Assembly (NCBI GenBank): GCA_002269645.1
Contig: NIVC01001601.1
Location: forward strand, 1 to 64,000
Direction: 5' to 3'
DNA length: 64,000 nt
DNA from: Macrostomum lignano
Taxonomy: Eukaryota
Notes under the pieces: generated by a model
What the model was told of the DNA's origin: nothing
Seen by the model: only the letters and a program-made list of their open reading frames with translations
Databases searched by the model: none
Part shown: positions 55,158 to 64,000 of the stretch, in pieces
Numbering within the stretch: the first letter of the stretch is position 1
How the letters are laid out: each line of letters opens with the position of its first letter
Made by a program: the position numbers and the translations under genes

Positions 55158-56015
55158 GGGCGATTCTTGGGGAAGCATAGGGCGATTCTTGGGGAGGCAT
55201 AGGGCGATTCTTGGGGAGGCATAGGGGCGATTCTTGGGGAGGCATAGGGGCGATTCTTGGGGAGGCATAGGGGCGATTCTTGGGGAGGCATAGGGCGATT
55301 CTTGGGGAGGCATAGGGGCGATTATTGGGGAGGCTTAGGGGCGATTCTTGGGGAAGCATAGGGCGATTCTTGGGGAGGCATAGGGCGATTCTTGGGGAGG
55401 CATAGGGGCGATTCTTGGGGAGGCATAGGGGCGATTCTTGGGGAGGCATAGGGGCGATTCTTGGGGAGGCATAGGGGCGATTCTTGGGGAGGCATAGGGC
55501 GATTCTTGGGGAGGCATAGGGGCGATTATTGGGGAGGCTTAGGGGCGATTCTTGGGGAGGCTTAGGGGCGATTCTTGGGGAGGCATAGGGCGATTCTTGG
55601 GGAGGCATAGGAGCGATTCTTGGGGAGGCATAGGGGCGATTCTTGGGGAGGCATAGGGGCGATTCTTACGGAGGCATAGGGGCGATTCTTGGGGAGGCAT
55701 AGGAGCGATTCTTGGGGAGGCATAGGAGCGATTCTTGGGGAGGCATAGGAGCGATTCTTGGGGAGGCATAGGGGCGATTCTTGGGAGGCATAGGGGCGAT
55801 TCTTGGGAGGCATAGGGGCGATTCTTGGGGAGGCATAGGGGCGATTCTTGGGGAGGCATAGGGGCGATTCTTGGGAGGCATAGGGGCGATTCTTTGGGAG
55901 GCATAGGGCGATTCTTGGGGAGGCATAGGGCGATTCTTGGGGAGGCATAGGGCGATTCTTGGGGAGGCATAGGGCGATTCTTGGGGAGGCATAGGGCGAT
56001 TCTTGGGGAGGCATA
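55158..56015. repeat. 22/23-bp minisatellite (ggggcgattcttggggaggcata)
   Basis: Visible tandem units. Confidence 0.97.
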
Positions 56016-56249
56016 GTCTATAGGACATAATTTAAGTCACGATAAACATTAAACCAACCATTTAAAATCAAAATCCGCCAAAATTACAGTCTCAATGTAT
56101 TTAGTATAATCTTGCTATTTCAATAAATTAAGCACAAATTGATAGATAATATTAATATCAGTTGATACCTTACACTACAAACAGGGCAATAATTAAAGCA
56201 AGCACTTTAAAAAACACTGAGGACCATTGAAACAACTGTAAGACTTCTA

Positions 56250-56620
56250 CCCCAAATGTACACACGGTTCCCTGTCTGCCCCCCAATGTACACACGGTTC
56301 CCTGTCTACCCCCTAATGTACACACGGTTCCCTGTCTACCCCCCAATGTACACACGGTTCCCTGTCTACCCTCCAATGTACACACGGTTCCCTGTCTACC
56401 CCCCAATGTACACACGGTTCCCTGTCTACCCCCTAATGTACACACGGTTCCCTGTCTACCCCCAATGTACACACGGTTCCCTGTCTACCCCCTAATGTAC
56501 ACACGGTTCCCTGTCTACCCCCCAATGTACACACGGTTCCCTGTCTACCCCCCAATGTACACACGGTTCCCTGTCTACCCCCAAATGTACACACGATTCC
56601 CTTTCTAACCCAATGTACAA
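56250..56620. repeat. 30-bp minisatellite (aatgtacacacggttccctgtctacccccc)
   Basis: 10-aa periodicity. Confidence 0.95.
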
Positions 56621-57029
56621 TTGCTCCCTCTTTAATAGAACAAAAAGCAATTATTGCAGCATAATCATACTAGCCGAAGCAGTGACAAACAATAAAATAA
56701 GCACATGCCACTACTACTTGAATGAAAACAGAATCGGTTGAAGATAATTATGCGCCAATTACGAGCATTAAAACAGGACAATTAAACAAGACTGGAAACA
56801 ATAAATGGCAAAAAATCAGATCCAGTTAAATCGGATTTATTGGAAATGCGCTACACAATGAATCAGAGGACAATTTGACAACAATAAAAGCAGAAACTAT
56901 TCAGCCGGTCAATTTTGCTACCAAGACACTAAGGTATGTTAATAAAGTACACGGTCTGCTGAAGATCTGCTAAAGGTCTGGGTGCCGATAGTACTTTTTA
57001 CAAACTTCTACTGCTGATGGGGGTCACTC

Positions 57030-57610
57030 TGAATGCAGGGTCACTCTGATGGAGAGGGTCAATCCGAGGGAACAGTCCTGAGTCTGAGGGAAAAGTCACC
57101 CGAAGAAAGGGTCCCTCTGAAAAGAGAGTCACTCTGAAGGGAGGGTCACTCTGAAGGGAGGGTCAATACGAAGGAAAGGTCACTCTGAAGGGAGGGTCAC
57201 TCTGAAGGGAGGGTCACTCTGAATGGAGGGTCACTCTGAAGGGAGGTTCACTCGAAAGGGAGGGTTACTCCAAAGGAAAGATCACTCTGAGGGGAGGGTC
57301 ACTCTGAAGAGAGGGTCACTCCGAAGGTAAGGTCACTCTGAAGGGATGGACACTCTGAAGGGAGGGTCAATACGAAGAAAAGGTCACTCTGAAGGGAGGG
57401 TCGCTCTGAAGAGAGGGTCACTCCGAAGGAAAGGTCACTCTGAAGGGATGGACATTCTGAAGTGAGGTTACTCTGAAGAGAGGGTCACTCCGAAGGAAAG
57501 GTCACTCTGAAGGGATGGACACTCTGAAGTGGGGGCACTCTTAAGGTAGGGTTACTTTGAAGGGAGGGTCACTATAAAGGGTCACTCTGAAGGCTCACTC
57601 TAAAGAGTCA
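57030..57610. repeat. 19-bp minisatellite (gagggtcactctgaaggga)
   Basis: Visible tandem units, diverged. Confidence 0.9.
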
Positions 57611-58284
57611 CTCGAAAAGAATGGTCACTATAAAAGCAGGGGGCTATGAAAGTCAAATTTCCTCTGCAATGCAACCGTGACAGACGATTAACTAGCTGTT
57701 AAATCTAAGCTTGATTTGCAATTCCGGATTTTATAATAACCACAGATTCTAAAATAAATAGATGGGCCACTCAGGCAGATATACTTAGTAAAACAGCTTT
57801 CTACTTTCAGTTCAGTAGTAAAGAAGAATAAATAAGCTAATTTTTTAAACAGAAACAGCTAAAATGACTTTGATAAGATTAGAAGCCCAAAGCTTGCAGG
57901 CGTGAACAACTTGCTAATTGGTTCAGCAGTAATGTACATTGGCCAGCTCACTGAAATGTACATGGCAGCTTTAGGCTTGGAATTCCGGGAAAGGCCATAA
58001 AAATTGGGGCGGGGCGGTGGTAGTGTGGAAAGGCGCGGTTGGAGGGTTTAGGCTGGGGGTAAGAGCCAATAAATCAGCCTTCACTTTAAAAATACATTAA
58101 AATGCTTCAGTTTAACTTACTACTGAACTGAAAGTAGTTTACACGCAAATGTGCTGAGTGGTCCATCTAGTTATTCAAGTATCTGTGATCACAACTTAGC
58201 CTTTAGCAGACTGTGGAATTTGACAATAAAATACCTACTGGAATTGAGGGAGAAAAGTTGATGCGCAATCAACAGAAGCTGTCA

Positions 58285-61200
58285 TCAGGCCTCAGCCACC
58301 GGCAGCTGGACCACATCACCGCACACGTTCAGCAGGCACTGGGCGTGTCCTCTGCTCGGGTTATCCAGCAGCAGCACTTCGCTCAGGTGAAACGAGGTCA
58401 CGGCTTGGCCGCCCAAAGCGGCGGCGTGGGCTCGAACCACGGCCATTACCTCGGCTAGACAGGTGTGCAGGAAGGCCTGCGAGCCGCCGCAGTCTCTCAC
58501 GGAGCTGGTCTCGCGGATGAAGAAAAAGTCCAAATTGCCCAGGTAGTTGGCCACGGGCCGGCCCGGCGGATGGCAGCCGGAGCACAGCAGCACCCCACTG
58601 GCTGTGCCCAGCAACAGGCCGCCCTGAGGCGCGGTCTGCCTGACGCAGTCGCCTGTCAGCACCGTCTGCAGGCAGCTCTCGTCCGTGACCTCCGTGTGGA
58701 AGTGCAGAGCTGCCAGAGTGCAGGGCAGGCTGTGCCGGAAGTGGAAACAGGTGGAGTGCAGCATGTCCGCTAGGAGGGAGTTCACCTGGGGAGTGGGAGG
58801 GGGAAGTTATTGAACTTGATTTTGCTAGGATTCTGAGGTCAATTAGAATTCAGATCATAACCAGAATTTATGAGATCATAACCAGAATTTATGAGATCAT
58901 AACCAGAATTTATGAGATCATAACCTGAATTTATGAGATCATAACCAGAATTTATGACATCATAACCAGAATTTATGAGATCATAACCAGAATTTATGAG
59001 ATCACAACCAGAATTTATGAGATCATACCAAAGCAGCTCACATATTTAACCATAATGCGAAATAATAACCCAGGACTCAGAAATCATAACCTGGAACTCG
59101 AAAATCATAACCCGCAGCTCACAAATCATAACCCGGAACTCAAAAATCATAACCCGCAACTCACAAATCATAACCCGGAACTCAGAAATCATAACCCGCA
59201 ACTCACAAGTCATAACCCGGAAGTCAGAAATCATAACCTGGAAGTCAGAAATCATAACCCGGAGCTCAGAAATCATAATCGTAACCCAAGACTCAGAAAT
59301 CAAAACCCGGAACTCAGAAATCATAACCCGGAACTCGAAAATCATAATCGTAACCCAAGACTCAGAAATACCATAAAAACCCGGAACTCAGAAATCATAA
59401 CCCGGAAGTCAGAAATCATAACCCGGAGCTCAAAAATCATAACCCGGAACTCAAAAATCATAACCCGCAACTCACAAATCATAACCCGGAACTCAGAAAT
59501 CATAACCCGCAACTCACAAGTCATAACCCGGAAGTCAGAAATCATAACCTGGAAGTCAGAAATCATAACCCGGAGCTCAGAAATCATAATCGTAACCCAA
59601 GACTCAGAAATCAAAACCCGGAACTCAGAAATCATAACCCGGAACTCGAAAATCATAATCGTAACCCAAGACTCAGAAATACCATAAAAACCCGGAACTC
59701 AGAAATCATAACCCGGAAGTCAGAAATCATAACCCGGAGCTCAAAAATCATAACCCGGAAGTCAGAAATCATAACCCGGAAGTCAGAAATCATAACCCGG
59801 AGCTCAGAAATCCTAACCCGGAAGTCAGAAATCATAACCCGGAGCACAGAAATCATAACCCGGAAGTCAGAAATCATAACCCGGAACTCAAAAATCATAA
59901 CCCGGAGCTCAGAAATCCTAACCCGGAAGTCAGAAATCATAACCCGGAGCTCAAAAATCATAACCCGGAGCTCTAAAATCATAATCCGGAAGTCAGAAAT
60001 CATAACCCGGAAGTCAGAAATCAAAACCCGGAACTCCGAAATGATAACCCGGAAGTCAGAAATCCTAACCCGGAAGTCAGAAATCATAACCCAGAAGTCA
60101 GAAATCATAACCCGGAACTCAAAAATCATAACCCGGAGCTCAGAAATCATAACCCGAAACTCAAAAATCATAACCCTGAGCTCAAAAATCATAATCCGGA
60201 GCTCAGAAATCATAATCCGGAAGTCAGAAATCATAACCCGGAAGTCAGAAATCAAAACCCGGAACTCAGAAATCATAACCCGGAAGTCAGAAATCATAAC
60301 CCGGAAGTCAGAAATCATAACCCAGAAGTCAGAAATCATAACCCGGAACTCAAAAATCATAACCCGGAGCTCAGAAATCATAACCCGGAGCTCAAAAGCA
60401 TAACCCGGAGCTCAAAAATCATAACCCGGAAGTCAGAAATCCTAACCCGGAGCTCAAAAATCATAACCCGGAGCTCAAAAATCATAACCCGGAAGTCAGA
60501 AATCCTAACCCGGAAGTCAGAAATCATAACCCGGAGCTCAAAAATCATAACCCGGAGCTCAAAAATCATAATCCGGAGCTCAAAAATCATAACCCGGAGC
60601 TCTAAAATCATAACCCGGAACTCGAAAATCATAACCCGGAGCTCTAAGTCATAACATGGAGCTCAAAAATCATAACCCGGAGCTCAAAAATCATAACCCG
60701 GAAGTCAGAAATCCTAACCCGGAAGTCAGAAATCATAACCCGGAAGTCAGAAATCATAACTTGGAAGTCAGAAATCATAACCCGGAAGTCAGAAATCATA
60801 ACCCGGAGCTCAAAAATCATAACCCGGACCTCAAAAATCATAACCCGGAACTCGAAAATCATAACCCGGAGACTCCCAACCTCACCTGTCTGCTACTGTT
60901 AGCCTCGGGGTCGTCCAGCGGGCATCGCAGAATCCTCACAAAGAAGTTGGTGTCCTCAGAGCGGCAGGCAGGGGAGCAGGTGAGCTGCAGGCTGTCCATC
61001 AGAGGATAGTCAACCAGCAAGGCTTCCATCTCGTCAGTTTCGCAGTCGTCAGCCAAGGAGATGATGAAGTTGTCTCGCTGATTTGACTGCAGATCGATGG
61101 GCGGAGAAGCCTCAGCATCCTCAGCCGCCCCTCCCGAGTCGCTGTTACTGGCCGATGCGTTGGAAACTGATGCGCCTGATGAGGCTGAGATGGCTGCGAG

Positions 61201-64000
61201 CGCTTGGGCCCGATCAAGGCCGTGCACCTCGCGACTCCTGGATAAATGAGGTTACGGGGCGGTTTGCAATCAATTGTTGAAAATATTTACCGTGACAAGA
61301 CTCAAACGACTGCATGCGACGGAGAGGCGATTGTTGAGTTGTAGAGTTGGAAAAAGAGTCCCGAAACAGCCTAGTCTAAGAAGCGCTTCAATTAAGTTGA
61401 CTAAATCGAGTTCATATACTAAATGCGAAATGCTATTACAATTCATAAGGTAACGCAGGTGCTCTTCAGACGCAACTCGGTGAGTCTAAAGCGACTCCAG
61501 CAGCCACAGATACGACCCCACGGCCCCAGAGTCATTCTAGAAACGTCCCAGTGTCGCACACAATAAAACGCCTCAAATTGACTTGTACCGTGACATCTCG
61601 TCGTTTTAGAGTCGTATAGAGTCGCTTCTTTCCGTTTTTACCTGTGTTACCTGCAACGACTCCGAAACGACTCCAAGGGTGGGGGCGCTTCTTGGCCCAG
61701 GTAACGTTTTCATGGGGCTGGGAGGTCATCAGTGGAAACGATAGTTGGGTGTGCAACTTCGACCCGATGAAAACGGTACCCAGATTCATCCAGTAAAGTC
61801 GCAAAATTGTCTTGAGTTGTAAAGGTGCTTCATTGTCTGAGACTCTGGTGTGACGCAAGGGACACACACTGGGGCGTCGTACGTGAGTCGTTTGAGTTTT
61901 TAGAAAGTCACAAGAACCGCCTAAATGTCGCTAGAGTCCCTAGAGGGTTGTTTGAAATGACGTGTCGAATGAAATGTCGCAATGGGTCCTTGTAGGAAGC
62001 AGCCCGAACTCAAATATCTCTGGTCAAGAAGCGTCACCCAGCTGACAGTGACTGAGTGACTGCTAACTGGTATGTGACGGTGTGTAACGCCTCCAGGTGT
62101 TGTAAGCTGGGGCTGAGAGAGAGAGACGTCCAAACACGCGACATCGGGGGGCTCCAACTCCCCCAGGACAACGCCCCGGCCCACACAGCTAAAAAAACTA
62201 TCGAGTTCATGAAGCAGAACCGCGTCCATCTTTACTTCTTCGACTTCTTTACGGGCCAAGCGTCTGCTCAGGGGAGTTAGAGTTGAGACGCTGTTGAGAC
62301 ATCCTCCAACATCCTGTTTGACACTACTCAGTTGGAGTGGGGGTAGCTGCTGTTTTACGTGGCTTGAGAAGATGAGAGGAAGCGCATCAATGCAGCTGGA
62401 GGTTACTTCGAAAAGTGCTACGAGTAACATATGTTTTTATTCAACATTGTGGTTCTGTGTGAGTTTTTTAACTACTATTAATAACTATTACTAATTCCTA
62501 CAAAAATAGCCGCATCAAAAACGCACCGAAAAAATGACACCAAATAATCGCAACTTTTTTTATTCACAAGTGCATCGAAATGTTTCTTATAAAATACCCG
62601 AACAAGCTGCCCACCTGGACACAAACTCGGACACCTTGGCCTGCAGACTGGACAGCAGCCGTTGATCGCCTTTAGACACGAGCTGCGGCTCGCAGGGCGC
62701 GGGCAACGCCAGCAGGTGGACCCCGGTGCCGGTGGCCGTCACCAGAATGCCGCAGCTGGCCACCGACATGCGGGTTCGAAGCCCGAACAGGCCGTTCATG
62801 CCGCGCAGGCGCAGCTTCTGCACCAGCTGGCTGTGCAGCTCGTACTCGATGAAGGGCAGCCGGTCGCTCACCTCGCGAGCGTTCGCCTCGCCTTTGGCGT
62901 CTCGCTTGGGCCGCCAGACTCTGTTTGTGGGGAGATTAGGGATAAAAATCCCATTTATAATAGCTCAGTCACTGCAGATTAAATCCCATTTAGCTCAGTC
63001 ACCTGGCCTGAATGAGCGCCGGTTGTCCGCAGGTGGCCAGTTCGGCCGGAGTGTCCGAAGTGGCCAGCAGGATGTCCGGGACGCTGCCGCGGCCGCAGAC
63101 GGCGCAACGGCTGAAGGACACGGGGAAGGGCGGGCTGGACTGGCTGTACAGCACGTGCAGAGCGCGACAGCTCGATGGCGGCTGCTGGGAATCTGGAAGA
63201 AAAAGTGGTGAGCAATCAAGATAGCAGCTCCTACCAGCTCTCATTCTGATTGGCTGGCTAACCACCTCACTCCTACCAGCTCTCCTACTGATTGGCTGGC
63301 TACCCACCTCACTCCTACCAGCTCTAATCCTGATTGGCTGGCTACCCACCTCACTCCTACCAGCTTTAATACTGATTGGCTGGCTACCCACCTCACTCCT
63401 ACCAGCTCTCATTCTGATTGGCTGGCTAACCCCCTTACTCCTTACCAGCTCTAATCCTGATTGGCTGGCTACTCACCTCACTCCTACCAGCTCTCATTCT
63501 GATTGGCTGGCTAATCACCTTACTCCTACCAGCTCTCATTCTGATTGGCTGGCTAACCCCCTTACTCCTTACCAGCTCTAATCCTGATTGGCTGGCTACC
63601 CACCTCACTCCTAACAGCTCTCATTCTGATTGGCTGGCTAATCACCTTACTCCTATCAGCTCTCATTCTGATTGGCTGGGTACCCACCTCACTCCTAATA
63701 ACCGCTCTCATTCCGATTGGCCGGCTACCCACCTCACTTCCACCAGATTGGCTGGCTAAGTTTCTCCAGCTGCTATCTTGCCATCCAAAAAAGCTTTGCA
63801 ACTCACTCTGAACATCTTCTAGAGAGTTCAGCTTAGCAGCCGTGCCGTATGCGCTCAACACAATAAGATCATCGGCGATGCACGTCTCCTCGTTATAGCC
63901 TATCACGGTCGAGCAGCCAAAAGCGCGCGCGTGGGCGCGAACCTCGGAGCGTATCTCAGACCACCAGGCGTCGCGCGCGTCTGGTGCATCCGGGCTGTGA
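58285..64000 (-). CDS. C2CD5: C2 domain-containing protein 5 (C2CD5/CDP138)-like, 3' exons
   Basis: Exons >64000-63738 (RDAWWSEIRSEVRAHARAFGCSTVIGYNEET..LSAYGTAA), 63192-63003 (VPDILL...LIQAR), 62920-62615 (LPFIEYELHSQL..LRGMNGLFGLR), 61237-60886, 58785-58285 (AEVMAVVRAHAAALGGQAV..AQCLLNVCGDVV*); phases 1,2,2,0 compatible. Confidence 0.85.
58852..60870. repeat. Two related 21-bp minisatellites (cataaccagaatttatgagat; cataacccggaactcagaaat) filling a C2CD5 intron
   Basis: 7-aa periodicity; ~311-bp internal duplication (59274 vs 59585). Confidence 0.97.
62045..62427 (+). mobile_element. Degenerate mariner (Tc1/mariner) transposase fragment in C2CD5 intron
   Basis: TANWYVTVC...QDNAPAHTAKKTIEFMKQNRV..DFF and, after a frameshift, INAAGGYFEK*; YSPDL motif deleted. 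Confidence 0.8.
63225..63765. repeat. 41-43-bp minisatellite (ctgattggctggctacccacctcactcctaccagctctcatt) spanning the exon/intron junction
   Basis: First unit includes the exon end and donor. Confidence 0.95.

Overview
Eukaryotic (invertebrate metazoan) genomic DNA. GC-rich exons sit between introns packed with private minisatellites; this resembles a Macrostomum-type flatworm assembly, which I infer but cannot confirm. Three spliced genes lie on the minus strand. (1) The 5' part of a giant nesprin-1/MSP-300-like gene (tandem CH domains plus spectrin repeats) runs from 44.8 kb off the left edge and appears to have four alternative first coding exons. (2) A morgue orthologue (zinc finger + F-box + E2 variant with Gly replacing the catalytic Cys) spans 47.8-55.0 kb. 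(3) The 3' part of a C2CD5-like gene spans 58.3-64 kb. Intron 2 of morgue holds a ~4 kb, nearly intact tyrosine-recombinase retrotransposon (DIRS/Ngaro type: SAP+CCCH gag, RT/RNaseH, YR) embedded in a 23-bp TTTAGGGGCGATT satellite. It has no recognisable long terminal repeats, and its splice signals would fuse the SAP domain in frame to the recombinase. Also present are tRNA-derived SINEs, a mariner relic and about 25 tandem arrays. Frameshifts in nesprin exons within the first 9 kb look like long-read homopolymer errors. All exon boundaries were read by hand from GT/AG signals and frame and are not transcript-verified.
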